Positions 46,974 through 57,662 of a DNA stretch of 64,000 bases are shown here, in pieces (the stretch's first letter is position 1; the number at the start of each line of letters is the position of its first letter). This DNA is from Bacteroidales bacterium UBA6680 (GTDB taxonomy: Bacteria > Bacteroidota > Bacteroidia > Bacteroidales > UBA6680), in NCBI GenBank assembly GCA_002454955.1, contig DKJY01000166.1, positions 427-64,426 of the forward strand. The letters run 5' to 3'. A model generated the notes under the pieces. The model was given only the letters and a program-made list of their open reading frames with translations, did not search any database and was not told where the DNA came from. The translations under genes and the position numbers were made by a program.

Positions 46974-49541
46974 ATGACTGTTGAACAGAAAGCAATGCAA
47001 ACAAGCAAGGAAACCAAACCAAAAACTTACACTTTTGATGATGCATTAGAGGCATCAAAAAAATATTTTAAGGGCGATGATCTGGCTGCCACTGTCTGGA
47101 TAAATAAATACGCACTTAAAGATTCGTATGGTAACATCTATGAAAGTAATCCAGACCAAATGCATAAGCGTTTGGCAAAGGAAATTGCGCGTATTGAGAA
47201 TAAATACGCAAATCCAATGTCTGAGGATGAGGTATATAAGCTGTTAGAGAGGTTTAAATACATTATTCCACAAGGTGGTCCAATGGCAGGTATTGGAAAT
47301 AAGTATCAGATAGCATCATTATCTAATTGTTTTGTAATTGGTCATGATAATCCAGCCGATTCATATGGTGGAATTATGAAGATAGATCAAGAACAGGTAC
47401 AACTGATGAAACGTAGAGGAGGTGTGGGACACGACCTTTCTCATATACGTCCAAAGGGTAGTCCGGTTCTTAATAGTGCTCTTACATCTACAGGTGTTGT
47501 GCCATTTATGGAGAGGTATTCAAACTCTACGCGTGAGGTTGCTCAGGACGGACGACGTGGTGCACTAATGTTAAGTATCTCTATACAGCATCCGGATTCA
47601 GAAGATTTTATTGATGCAAAGATGACTCCAGGTAAGATTACCGGTGCAAATGTATCTGTAAAGATAGATGATGAATTTATGACTGCGGTTAAGAACAATA
47701 AACCCTATTTAACACAATATCCAATTAACACTGATTCTCCTACATATAAGAGAGAGATAAATGCTAAAAAACTGTGGAAAAAGATTGTTCATAACGCATG
47801 GAAATCGGCGGAGCCAGGGATACTTTTCTGGGATACTGTAATTAGAGAATCGGTTGCAGATAGTTATGCCGATTTAGGATATAAAACGGTATCAACAAAC
47901 CCTTGTGGAGAGATACCGCTATGCCCATATGATAGTTGTAGATTACTGGCTATTAATCTTTATAGTTATGTAAAGAATCCGTTTACTGATAAAGCTGAAT
48001 TTGAATTTGATAAATTCACAGAACATGTTGAAAAAGCTCAGCGTATAATGGACGATATTATTGATCTTGAGATAGAGAATATCAACAAGATATTAGATAA
48101 GATTAATAAAGATCCGGAATCAACAGAGATTAAAAGAGTTGAAAGACTGTTGTGGGAAAGTATCAGAAATAAAGCAGAAGAGGGACGAAGAACAGGTGTA
48201 GGAATTACGGCAGAGGGTGATATGCATGCTGCAATGGGATATAGATATGGTTCTGATGAATCAATAAACTTCTCTGTAAAAGTACATAAACTTTTAGCTA
48301 TTGAGGCTTATCGTTCATCTGTAAATATGGCAAAAGAGCGTGGTGCTTTTAAGATATACAATGCAGAAAAAGAGGCAAAGAATCCTCTTATTAACAGAAT
48401 TAAAGAGGCAGATAAGGCTTTGTATGAAGATATGGTTAAATACGGACGTAGAAATATTTCGTTATTAACAATAGCTCCAACAGGAACAACAAGTCTTATG
48501 TCACAGACAACCTCTGGAATAGAGCCAGTATTCCTTCCTTATTATAAACGTAGAAGAAAGGTAAATCCTAATGATTCGGGTGTAAAAATATCGTTTGTTG
48601 ATAATGTAGGCGATTCGTTTGAAGAGTACTTTGTTTTTCATCACAAGTTTGTTACATGGTTAGAGATGAATGGCTACAAACCAGAAGAGGTTGAGAATAT
48701 GCCGGAGGAGGACCTGACAGCAATTGTTGAGAAGTCGCCATACTTTAAAGCTACATCTAATGATATTGATTGGGTTAGCAAGGTTAAGATGCAGGGAGCT
48801 ATCCAGAAATGGGTAGACCACTCTATATCTGTTACTGTTAATTTACCAAATAATGTTACAGAAGATATTGTTGGCAAGGTGTATCAAACTGCGTGGGAGA
48901 GTGGTTGTAAAGGAGTAACTGTTTATCGTGATGGTTCCAGAGCAGGTGTGTTGGTATCAGCAGATAATAAGAAAGATGAGTCTGCTTCGGTTACAAAACC
49001 AAAGAAACGTCCACGTGTGCTTGAAGCTGAGATAGTAAGATTTAATAATAATCATGAGAAATGGATTGCATTCGTTGGTCTGCATGAAAATCGCCCGTAT
49101 GAGATATTTACTGGTATTGTAGACGAGGAGATGTTTCCTATTCCAAAAAGAATTACCTCAGGTAAGATTATAAAAGTAAAAGATGAAACTGGAAGTAGAT
49201 ACGATTTTCAGTATATAGATAAATATGGTTATACCAATACTCTAGGTGGTCTTTCACATATGTTTAAGTCGGAGTATTGGAACTATGCTAAGCTAATTTC
49301 TGGATGTCTTAGATATGGACTTCCGATACAGGATGTTGTAAACCTTGTAGGTACACTTCAGCTTGATAGTGAAACAATAAACACTTGGAAGAATGGTGTT
49401 GAGAGAGCACTTAAACGCTTTATTCCTAACGGAACTAAAGCAAATAAAAATGAGAAGTGTAGTGAGTGTGGGTCTGACAGCCTGATATATCAGGAAGGAT
49501 GTTTAACATGTCAGGACTGCGGAAATTCTAAATGTGGCTAA
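46974..49541 (+). CDS. nrdJ: Adenosylcobalamin-dependent (class II) ribonucleotide reductase with C-terminal Cys4 zinc ribbon
   Basis: SNCF, NPCGEIPL, TIAPTGT, VSVTVNLP motifs. The C-terminus is CSECGS...CLTCQDCG. The listed ORF starts at TTG 46965, and the ATG lies at 46974. Confidence 0.85.
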   Translation: MTVEQKAMQTSKETKPKTYTFDDALEASKKYFKGDDLAATVWINKYALKDSYGNIYESNPDQMHKRLAKEIARIENKYANPMSEDEVYKLLERFKYIIPQGGPMAGIGNKYQIASLSNCFVIGHDNPADSYGGIMKIDQEQVQLMKRRGGVGHDLSHIRPKGSPVLNSALTSTGVVPFMERYSNSTREVAQDGRRGALMLSISIQHPDSEDFIDAKMTPGKITGANVSVKIDDEFMTAVKNNKPYLTQYPINTDSPTYKREINAKKLWKKIVHNAWKSAEPGILFWDTVIRESVADSYADLGYKTVSTNPCGEIPLCPYDSCRLLAINLYSYVKNPFTDKAEFEFDKFTEHVEKAQRIMDDIIDLEIENINKILDKINKDPESTEIKRVERLLWESIRNKAEEGRRTGVGITAEGDMHAAMGYRYGSDESINFSVKVHKLLAIEAYRSSVNMAKERGAFKIYNAEKEAKNPLINRIKEADKALYEDMVKYGRRNISLLTIAPTGTTSLMSQTTSGIEPVFLPYYKRRRKVNPNDSGVKISFVDNVGDSFEEYFVFHHKFVTWLEMNGYKPEEVENMPEEDLTAIVEKSPYFKATSNDIDWVSKVKMQGAIQKWVDHSISVTVNLPNNVTEDIVGKVYQTAWESGCKGVTVYRDGSRAGVLVSADNKKDESASVTKPKKRPRVLEAEIVRFNNNHEKWIAFVGLHENRPYEIFTGIVDEEMFPIPKRITSGKIIKVKDETGSRYDFQYIDKYGYTNTLGGLSHMFKSEYWNYAKLISGCLRYGLPIQDVVNLVGTLQLDSETINTWKNGVERALKRFIPNGTKANKNEKCSECGSDSLIYQEGCLTCQDCGNSKCG

Positions 49542-49565
49542 TTAAATTTAAATTAATATCTATCG

Positions 49566-49595
49566 GAGGCAACCTTAATCATCATTGGTTGCCTC
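49566..49595 (+). terminator. Hairpin after nrdJ that overlaps the last codons of the convergent gene
   Basis: gaggcaacc-ttaatcatcatt-ggttgcctc, a 9-bp stem followed by tattcttct. The U-tract is weak. Confidence 0.4.
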
Positions 49596-51335
49596 TATTC
49601 TTCTAAAGAAGTTTGATGATTCTTCTTTTTCAGATTTTCTTCTCTTTTTACGTCTCTTTCTTTTTTTCTTCTTCTTTTTATCCTTATCGGTTTTTATAGG
49701 TTTAACAATAGTATCAGATTTGATTGTACCTTCAGGTAACTTTATAATCTTAATACTATCTATATTAACAGGTGTATTTATCGAATCTGATTTGATTATA
49801 GTTTTTGATTCATCATTTTTAAATAGTGTGCTATCAACTGTAGGATTACTTTTGAGTATTGTATCTCTAACAATTAAAACAGGAGCTGGATTTAAATCCT
49901 TACCAATACTATTTTTCTTAGTAACTTTATCTTCTTTAGTACTGCCAAAAACAAAGTTAATACCTGATACAATATTCAGGTTTCTTGTTTTATGGGGTAC
50001 AATAGGAGCAAGAATATTGTCTGTTACAACATATAACTGAAACGACCCTAATCTTGCACTTAATCCTAATCCTATATTGTTAAAACTACTGTTTCCAATA
50101 GTATATGTAATTGCAGTACTAAATCCGTTCAGCAGATAAGTGTTAGCAGATATTGTTAAAGAAGGATACCATTTGCCTTTATAAATATCTGTTCTGCCAA
50201 GAATACCTCCACTTAACCAGTTATTAACATTATATGTGCCGGCAACCATTAATTTTCCAGTAAGATTTGTCCTGTATTTCTGATTGCTATAAGTGGGTTT
50301 AAGTTGATTAGTTATTGAATCTGCAATATCGTTAAAAAGATCTTCAACGGGTTTGTAGTCAGCAGAGGTATTGTCAAGAGAATTTGAAAGATCAATTCCT
50401 TTGAATGTGTAGCTTGATTTCTGTTTAAGAACTGTGGCGTTATCGCTCCAGTTTATTAAACCAAGATCTATAGCTGCAGCACTAACAGTTATCCTATCAG
50501 ATATTTTATAATATGCTCCAAAATCAAATGCATATCCCAGATTATTTGTGTTTAATACTATTCCTGGGACTGAAATATTATCTTTTATGTCAAAATCTTC
50601 AATATAACCGTCGGTATCTGTTTGGTAGTTAACAGGCATCGAAGTTCTTATCATATATTCGGAATTAATAATAAGCTCATCGCCATTATCAGATGTAAAA
50701 ATGTTGAAAACAGATTTCTCAGTATTAATATTAGCTATACCCATTAAAAGCTTTGCTCTTATACCAATAGTTAACCTATCATTAATCATTCTGCTTACTC
50801 CAAAGGCAATTTCATTATACGATAACATATTAATACTAATGCTTCCTAGATTATAATTACTGCCTCTATACATACTATTTCCGTTGATAAAATAGCCTAA
50901 AAATATTTTGTCAAACCCAAACCTGAAATCACTCTTATTTCCAAAATCGAATGTAACAAATGATTTACCCTGAGTTGCACCAAACGATAGATAAGATATC
51001 TCTGAACTAAACAATATATAGTTGCTATTTTTAATGGTATTGTAAAATTTGTCCAGATCAATAACGAGTGAATCACTTAAAGACCCTGTACCTTTATGAA
51101 TAATATCATTATATGCAAACCCTGTATTAGAGTAGTTTATATATATCTTTCCTAATAACGGGAATGTTGAATATGATTTATAGTTACGTTGTACTGCTGG
51201 ATTAAGGTATTTATTCTGAGGATTGTTTTTTAGAAAGTGTAATGTATTGTTAATCTCCTGTGCATTCATTAATAGAGAAAAACAGAGAAACAGAATAGAT
51301 ACCTGTATATATTTTATTGTTTTCATAGTATGCAT
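49575..51335 (-). CDS. Putative outer-membrane beta-barrel protein with a polybasic C-terminal tail, unknown family
   Basis: Signal peptide FSLLMNAQE, alternating beta-strand-like sequence over about 450 aa, and an NKYLNPAV motif reminiscent of PorP/SprF. The tail is KDKKKKKKRKRRKKRRKSEKEE. Confidence 0.45.
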   Translation of the reverse strand: MHTMKTIKYIQVSILFLCFSLLMNAQEINNTLHFLKNNPQNKYLNPAVQRNYKSYSTFPLLGKIYINYSNTGFAYNDIIHKGTGSLSDSLVIDLDKFYNTIKNSNYILFSSEISYLSFGATQGKSFVTFDFGNKSDFRFGFDKIFLGYFINGNSMYRGSNYNLGSISINMLSYNEIAFGVSRMINDRLTIGIRAKLLMGIANINTEKSVFNIFTSDNGDELIINSEYMIRTSMPVNYQTDTDGYIEDFDIKDNISVPGIVLNTNNLGYAFDFGAYYKISDRITVSAAAIDLGLINWSDNATVLKQKSSYTFKGIDLSNSLDNTSADYKPVEDLFNDIADSITNQLKPTYSNQKYRTNLTGKLMVAGTYNVNNWLSGGILGRTDIYKGKWYPSLTISANTYLLNGFSTAITYTIGNSSFNNIGLGLSARLGSFQLYVVTDNILAPIVPHKTRNLNIVSGINFVFGSTKEDKVTKKNSIGKDLNPAPVLIVRDTILKSNPTVDSTLFKNDESKTIIKSDSINTPVNIDSIKIIKLPEGTIKSDTIVKPIKTDKDKKKKKKRKRRKKRRKSEKEESSNFFRRIEATNDD

Positions 51336-51336
51336 A

Positions 51337-52980
51337 TTATTCTATAGTTGCTTCGAGAATCATTCTAAGCTTTAATTTATTAAAGGAGTGTAAGGCCACT
51401 GTTTTATTACCATCATCAAAACTTTGAACTGTTCCCACAATTATAATTTTTCTATTATCGCCCATATGTGAGATAAAAGATTTGGTTAACTCTGCATTTG
51501 TTACAACCTTATTAACTTTTGTAGTATCAACCATTCCAATATTTGTACCTGAGGTAAAAACCGGTGCTGCTTCAAAAATTGTTATATCAGATATAGAGTC
51601 AAGCTTTATATTGTTGTTGTCTGCTATGTATAGTTTACTTAGAGCAATATCTAATGGTAGTTCATTCTCAGATATGAATATCATCTTTGCTCTGTTTAAA
51701 TCTGTAAGATCTGTAGAAAGGTCTACAGTATCGCTAATCTGATATTTTTTAATTTTGAACTTAAGCGGCAGATCTATACTGATATTAACACCAATAGAAG
51801 AGTTACTTCTAATAATATTGGGATTGTTTATGACATCAACAGGATCAGGATTTAGTTTAACTGTTGCATCATATTCAAGTTTCTCATATTCTGGTTTTCT
51901 GAAAAATATATCAATATCTGAGTTAGTTTTGTTGATATTAAATTGTGCGGTAAATTCATCAACTGTTTGAGATGTTTCAGGAATAAGTGGATCAAAATGA
52001 AGCATTGTAGAGTTATCATCTTTATCATATCCGGTAATGTCAATATCAATCATAAATGGTACAGACATACTTTGAACAAAACCTAATTGTAAAGAAGGAT
52101 CTGTAAACTCAATATCAGCATCATGCTTTGTCCATATATTAAAATCGTAATTTATCTTCTCTGTAGGAAAGCTAAGTACCTGTTTCCCAAAATCACCTTT
52201 GGCTTCTGTAATACTAAGGTTGAACAACTTTGTGCTAAACATTATCTTATCAGATGATGTTGTGTTTATTGTGTTAGTGGTACTTTTTACAAGAAATGTA
52301 GATGACATATTTATGTCATTTATGGGGTAATCTACAGAGAAATCAATTAATAACTCTGTTAAATCTATCTCATTAAAATAGTTTGAGTTTGCCGGAATTG
52401 TATGATTAATAGATAGCTGCTGACCATCTTTTGTAATATTACTAAACAGTGTTGTTAATATAATATCTGTCTGTAGAGGATTTAAGACAGATACCTGCAT
52501 AGATAATCCACATTTAATATTCATTAATTTTACTCCGTTATCCATATTTAAGGATATATCAACATCAGAAGTAGTTATTGATATATCAGAAGGCAAACCT
52601 GGAATATTTCCGATAAGCGAAGGAGGTAGATCCACCTCAAGAACCTTGATATCAATCTCAGACGAACTTATGATTTTGTCGAAATTTAAGCTGAACAGAT
52701 CCTGATAACCAAATCTTAAATGAGCAAGATTACTATTGTCGAATATAATTGATAGATTATCAGAATCAAGAAACTTATTATTTAATACATCTGATGTTTT
52801 ATATTCAGCGTAAGCAACAGGAATAACAAAATCTGGCGACCACTTTATATCGTCTGATATTTTATCTGTATCAAACTCATCTTTTACACAAGATGTTAAT
52901 AAAACAGAAGCAAACAGTACTACACAGGAGGTTATTAACAGGTACTTCATAGTTATAAATTGTAATTGATGTGTTTTCAT
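51337..52980 (-). CDS. Hypothetical lipoprotein, unknown family
   Basis: Lipobox VLLTSC, rich in D/N/S/T, no recognised motif. Its stop lies 1 nt from the start of the downstream gene. The alternative start is 52950 (MKYLLI). Confidence 0.5.
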   Translation of the reverse strand: MKTHQLQFITMKYLLITSCVVLFASVLLTSCVKDEFDTDKISDDIKWSPDFVIPVAYAEYKTSDVLNNKFLDSDNLSIIFDNSNLAHLRFGYQDLFSLNFDKIISSSEIDIKVLEVDLPPSLIGNIPGLPSDISITTSDVDISLNMDNGVKLMNIKCGLSMQVSVLNPLQTDIILTTLFSNITKDGQQLSINHTIPANSNYFNEIDLTELLIDFSVDYPINDINMSSTFLVKSTTNTINTTSSDKIMFSTKLFNLSITEAKGDFGKQVLSFPTEKINYDFNIWTKHDADIEFTDPSLQLGFVQSMSVPFMIDIDITGYDKDDNSTMLHFDPLIPETSQTVDEFTAQFNINKTNSDIDIFFRKPEYEKLEYDATVKLNPDPVDVINNPNIIRSNSSIGVNISIDLPLKFKIKKYQISDTVDLSTDLTDLNRAKMIFISENELPLDIALSKLYIADNNNIKLDSISDITIFEAAPVFTSGTNIGMVDTTKVNKVVTNAELTKSFISHMGDNRKIIIVGTVQSFDDGNKTVALHSFNKLKLRMILEATIE

Positions 52981-53239
52981 AGTTATACGATAAATAATGG
53001 GTGTTGTTGTTTTGTGTTTTAGAGGCGTTTATATCTAATATACTTTATTTAAATAAAATAGTCAAGTATATGTTGGAAATCATAATATTAAGATGGGTAA
53101 AAAAAGTCACTTTTATGATGTATTTGTAGTGTAAATAGATATTTTTGTGAGTTACAAAACGTGAAAAACAAATCGGAAGTATTCCGGGATATATTTATGA
53201 TTTTGCAGGTTACCTGCATAGGATAAAAATTATAAACAG

Positions 53240-54199
53240 ATGAAAAATATTCTTATTGTTGGAGCCGGAGGGCAAATTGGTTCTGAGCTTGTACCTCATT
53301 TAAGAGGAATTTATGGGGTTAATAATGTAGTTGCTACAGATCTTGATGATAACAAACTTCAGGCATTGTCTGATGGTCCTGTTGTTAAGTTAGACGCCTT
53401 AGATGGTGAAAGATTTTCTGATATTGTAAAGAAATACAATATTGATACAATCTTTAACATGGTTGCTTTACTCTCTGCTACAGGAGAAAAAGATCCTATG
53501 CTTGCCTGGAAAATAAATATGGGAGCCCTAGAGAACTCACTGAATATTGCAAAAGACAATAAGTGTGCTGTATTTACCCCGAGTTCAATTGGTGCTTTCG
53601 GACCAAATACACCACATGACAATACGCCACAGGATACTATTATGCATCCAACAACTATTTATGGGGTATGTAAAGTGAGTGGTGAGCTATTGAGTAACTA
53701 CTACCATACAAGATTTGGTGTTGATACAAGATCGGTTCGTTTTCCTGGTATTATCTCAAATGTTACACTTCCTGGTGGCGGAACAACTGATTATGCTGTA
53801 GAAATATATTATGACGCAATTAGATATAACAAGTATACATCAAACCTCGGAAAAGATACATTCCTTGATATGATGTATATGCCTGATGCACTTGATGCTT
53901 GTGTACAGTTAATGGAGGCTGATCCTGCAAAATTAATACACAGAAACTCATTTAATATAACAGCTATGAGTTTTGATCCGGAGATGATTGCAGCTGAAAT
54001 AAGAAAGCATAATCCTGATTTTATTCTTGATTATAATGTTGATGAGGTAAAGCAGAGTATTGCAAACTCATGGCCAAATTCAATGGAAGACAAGTGTGCT
54101 CGCGAAGAGTGGGGATGGAACCCTAAGTATGACTTGTCTAAGATGACAGTTGATATGTTAGAGAAGGTGAAGATTAAATTCGATAAAGGATTGATTTAA
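53240..54199 (+). CDS. tdh: L-threonine 3-dehydrogenase, NAD-dependent epimerase/dehydratase (SDR) type
   Basis: ILIVGAGGQIGSEL Rossmann motif, YGVCK catalytic Y-x-x-x-K, 319 aa. It resembles the short-chain TDH group. Confidence 0.7.
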   Translation: MKNILIVGAGGQIGSELVPHLRGIYGVNNVVATDLDDNKLQALSDGPVVKLDALDGERFSDIVKKYNIDTIFNMVALLSATGEKDPMLAWKINMGALENSLNIAKDNKCAVFTPSSIGAFGPNTPHDNTPQDTIMHPTTIYGVCKVSGELLSNYYHTRFGVDTRSVRFPGIISNVTLPGGGTTDYAVEIYYDAIRYNKYTSNLGKDTFLDMMYMPDALDACVQLMEADPAKLIHRNSFNITAMSFDPEMIAAEIRKHNPDFILDYNVDEVKQSIANSWPNSMEDKCAREEWGWNPKYDLSKMTVDMLEKVKIKFDKGLI

Positions 54200-54227
54200 T
54201 CTGATATATATAATAAAATATTAAGAG

Positions 54228-54251
54228 AGCTCCTTTTTAGGAGCTTTTTTT
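54228..54251 (+). terminator. Intrinsic terminator after tdh
   Basis: agctcct-tttt-aggagct followed by tttttt. Confidence 0.7.
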
Positions 54252-54686
54252 GTAATCACCTACCGGTAGCAGACATATTTTGATACTTCGTTAAAAATAC
54301 ATACCTTTATAGGTAGTGTTTGCTTTTATATCTGTTTTCCCATTTTAGAATAGTTGATAAGATAATATTTACTCAACAAAATAGCACTTATTTACAAGGC
54401 TATATGTGAGATATAACTAAATCAATTATTATGAATAAACATGTTTACAACACAAGACCTCCATGAGTATTTATTCAATTATCCTTTAAGAGGACAATTG
54501 ATTTGAATGAATACTTGAAACAAACATAGGTAAATGTTAATCCGGAAAAGTGATTAAACTGTGTATGTTTCATATCAATAAAAACAGATGTTAAACATAT
54601 GAAGCAAAGCATGAGTAAAAAATTATCACACGTGCAATAGTGATTAAAAGTGCTAGCTTCATATAACGTTAAAAAATTTTAGACGC

Positions 54687-57491
54687 ATGAAAACGAGAAT
54701 CTACATTACAACTATTTTTTTAATGCTTAGTATGTGTATGATAAATGCACAGAACAACTACTATTATTACTATAAAGGTAATAAAGTGAATCTACAATTA
54801 GATAAAGGTTCAATAAACCTGAAGGTCTCAGAGAAGTTCCTGAATGAGAAACAGGTAAGAGCTATTGGTAAACTCGATTTTGATGAGTACAATAGTGAGA
54901 AGGGTATAAAATATGCTACAATAGTATATAGCAAGAAGATTACAGATAAGGAGTATTTTAATAAAGCCAATGATCTGAAAAAATTAACAAATGTAATAAC
55001 GGTTAATCCATCATTTATAGGTCAGAATGGTATAAAAATAGGTATGTCTGATTACTTATATATTAAGTTGAAAAAGAAAACAGACATAAACCTGTTGCAA
55101 AGTGTTGCCAATAAACATAACCTTACAATTGTTGAGAGAAACAGATATATGCCTTTGTGGTATACGTTAAGATGTACAAAGTCAACAGTAGGAAATACAA
55201 TGCAAGTAGCAAACTCTATCTTTGAAACCGGATATTTTGCTTCATCAATTCCTGATCTTCTTACAGATGACCGTTTATGTACTAATGACCCTGACTTTGG
55301 TAGTTTATGGGGATTGGAAAACAGCAGTAATCCCAATTTTGACATTAATGCTTGTGATGCCTGGACATTGAATCAGGGAAATGGTGTAACAGTTGCAGTT
55401 TTAGATCAGGGTATTGAACTTACCCATATAGATCTTGCAGCTAATATATCACCACTAAGTTACGATACAGAGTCAAACTCATCTCCTAGTCAGCTTTTTG
55501 GAAGCCATGGAACACACTGTGCAGGAACAATAGCAGCGGTTAAGGATAATAACATACAGGTTGTTGGTGTTTCACCAAAAGCTACACTTATGTCTGTAAG
55601 TAACTCATTAATGGGGAGTGCTAATAGCAGAATGAAACGTGCCGATGGAATAAACTGGGCAGTGGCTAATGGTGCCGATATAATAAGTAATTCATGGCGT
55701 TCGGGTGTACAGTTTGATGTTATAGATGATGCAATAGATAATGCATTACAGAATGGTAGAAATGGTAAAGGTGCTATAATTGTATTTTCGGCAGGTAACT
55801 CTTATGGAGCAGTAAACTATCCTGCTAACTCTAACCCTGATATTCTTACTGTAGGATCACTGACATCATCAGGAGTTAAATCAAGTTTCTCATGTTATGG
55901 AACAGACCTGGATGTAATAGCACCAGGAAGTAGTATTCTGTCTACAGTACTTAATAACTCAACCGGATATAAAAGTGGTACCTCAATGGCTTGTCCGCAC
56001 GCAGCTGGAGTTGCAGCACTTATCATATCAATAAATCCACAATTCACAGGAATTCAGGTTCGTAATATATTAGAGAGTTCATGTCAAAAACTTCCTGCAT
56101 ATACATACGGACTTACATTAGGTCGTCCTAACGGAACATGGAACAATGAGACAGGATATGGATTAATTGACGCATATGCTGCAATTAATACGGCAGTTAG
56201 TATGACTCCTGTTGATCTTTATATAAAAGATTCAAATACAGATATAGGAATAGAACCAAATACAATAACAACAACTCCAATGTGGACAAGTAGCGATATA
56301 TGGGTAAGACATAATAACGATGGAGGAACACAGCACCAAAATCCGGAATATGATGCTACAGATCCAAATTATGTGTATGTAAAGGTTAAGAATCGTGGAA
56401 ATACGAGATCTACTGGAGCTGAGAAGCTTAAACTATACTGGGCAAAAGCAGCTACATCACTATCATGGCCAACAAACTGGGATGGTTCATATAGCATAAA
56501 TAATATACCAATGGGTAATATTATTTCAATAATTGATATACCACCATTAATGCCGGGGCAAGAGACTATAGTTAAAACATCATGGCTGGTTCCGGATCCT
56601 GCTGATTATAATTCAATTAATACACAACCATGGCATTTCTGTTTATTGGCACGTATTGTATCTGCAAACGACCCAATGCATATTGCAGAAACAACAAGTG
56701 TTTGGTCAAACACTAAGAACAATAATAATATTGCCTGGAAAAATATATCAATTGTTGATGTTCAGCCGGGTACTAATGTAGTAAATACAACAGTTGCGGT
56801 AGGAACACATTTTGGTGTGGCAACACCTATTGATCTTAGCTTTATAGCTGACGAGGCAGATAAGGATAATCCTATATTTGAGAATGCAACAGTTACATTT
56901 AAAACAAACAAAGTGTTACAACAAGTTATGGATAAAGGAGCAAAATTATCTCCTGAAATAGTTAAAAAAGATGATAACACATTTGTTATAAATAAGAATA
57001 AGGCTCAAATAAATAATCTTACATTCCAACCTAAAACAACAGGAACAATAACAGTATCTGTAAAATTAAGAGAAGGTATTATCCTGAAAAAGAAGAAATA
57101 TGTTTGGCATTTAATTCAAAAGAACTCTAAGACAGGCGAGATTATTGGCGGAGAAACATTTATTATAAATGTTCCTAAACAGGATGTATTAAATCCATAT
57201 AATACAGCTGAGGCTGATAAACAAGAGAGTACAGATAATAAACTTATCAGTGTATCTCCAAATCCAGCAAGTAACAATATCGATATTCAATATAGTATTA
57301 AGAGTGCTAAATTGGCATATATCAGATTAGTAGGACATAGTAGTAAAGGATCGGTATCAAATAACTATAAGCTGGATACAGAGTTGGTTAAAACAACAAT
57401 TAACATCTCTGATTATCCAGACGGATTCTACTCTGTGATACTTGTATGCGATGGTAAAATAATTGATATGCAAACAGTAATAAAGAGATAA
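54687..57491 (+). CDS. S8 family subtilisin-like serine peptidase with T9SS C-terminal sorting domain
   Basis: Catalytic triad contexts VAVLDQGI, HGTHCAGTIAA, GTSMACPHAAGVAAL. The C-terminus SVSPNPASNNIDIQY...GFYSVILV is a T9SS CTD, 934 aa. Confidence 0.9.
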   Translation: MKTRIYITTIFLMLSMCMINAQNNYYYYYKGNKVNLQLDKGSINLKVSEKFLNEKQVRAIGKLDFDEYNSEKGIKYATIVYSKKITDKEYFNKANDLKKLTNVITVNPSFIGQNGIKIGMSDYLYIKLKKKTDINLLQSVANKHNLTIVERNRYMPLWYTLRCTKSTVGNTMQVANSIFETGYFASSIPDLLTDDRLCTNDPDFGSLWGLENSSNPNFDINACDAWTLNQGNGVTVAVLDQGIELTHIDLAANISPLSYDTESNSSPSQLFGSHGTHCAGTIAAVKDNNIQVVGVSPKATLMSVSNSLMGSANSRMKRADGINWAVANGADIISNSWRSGVQFDVIDDAIDNALQNGRNGKGAIIVFSAGNSYGAVNYPANSNPDILTVGSLTSSGVKSSFSCYGTDLDVIAPGSSILSTVLNNSTGYKSGTSMACPHAAGVAALIISINPQFTGIQVRNILESSCQKLPAYTYGLTLGRPNGTWNNETGYGLIDAYAAINTAVSMTPVDLYIKDSNTDIGIEPNTITTTPMWTSSDIWVRHNNDGGTQHQNPEYDATDPNYVYVKVKNRGNTRSTGAEKLKLYWAKAATSLSWPTNWDGSYSINNIPMGNIISIIDIPPLMPGQETIVKTSWLVPDPADYNSINTQPWHFCLLARIVSANDPMHIAETTSVWSNTKNNNNIAWKNISIVDVQPGTNVVNTTVAVGTHFGVATPIDLSFIADEADKDNPIFENATVTFKTNKVLQQVMDKGAKLSPEIVKKDDNTFVINKNKAQINNLTFQPKTTGTITVSVKLREGIILKKKKYVWHLIQKNSKTGEIIGGETFIINVPKQDVLNPYNTAEADKQESTDNKLISVSPNPASNNIDIQYSIKSAKLAYIRLVGHSSKGSVSNNYKLDTELVKTTINISDYPDGFYSVILVCDGKIIDMQTVIKR

Positions 57492-57543
57492 GTTATTTGA
57501 CTTAACTGTTTGAAACAATAAACTGCATTTAACCAATAAATAA

Positions 57544-57575
57544 CAGGAGTGTATAACTATTTTGTACACTCCTGA
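57544..57575 (+). terminator. Hairpin after the S8 peptidase gene
   Basis: caggagtgta-taactatttt g-tacactcctg, a 10-bp stem followed by atttta. The U-tract is weak. Confidence 0.5.
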
Positions 57576-57662
57576 TTTTATATACAGATACCTGTAACTA
57601 ACCAATATACTTGCCGTATAACCTTTTGTGCCAGAGTATTTATTGACATTAAATGTATTATC

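Noticed and set aside
53240..54199. tdh lacks an adjacent kbl (2-amino-3-ketobutyrate CoA ligase). I considered this a pathway anomaly.
   Set aside because: Gene linkage of tdh and kbl is common but not obligatory. It cannot be judged from a single window.
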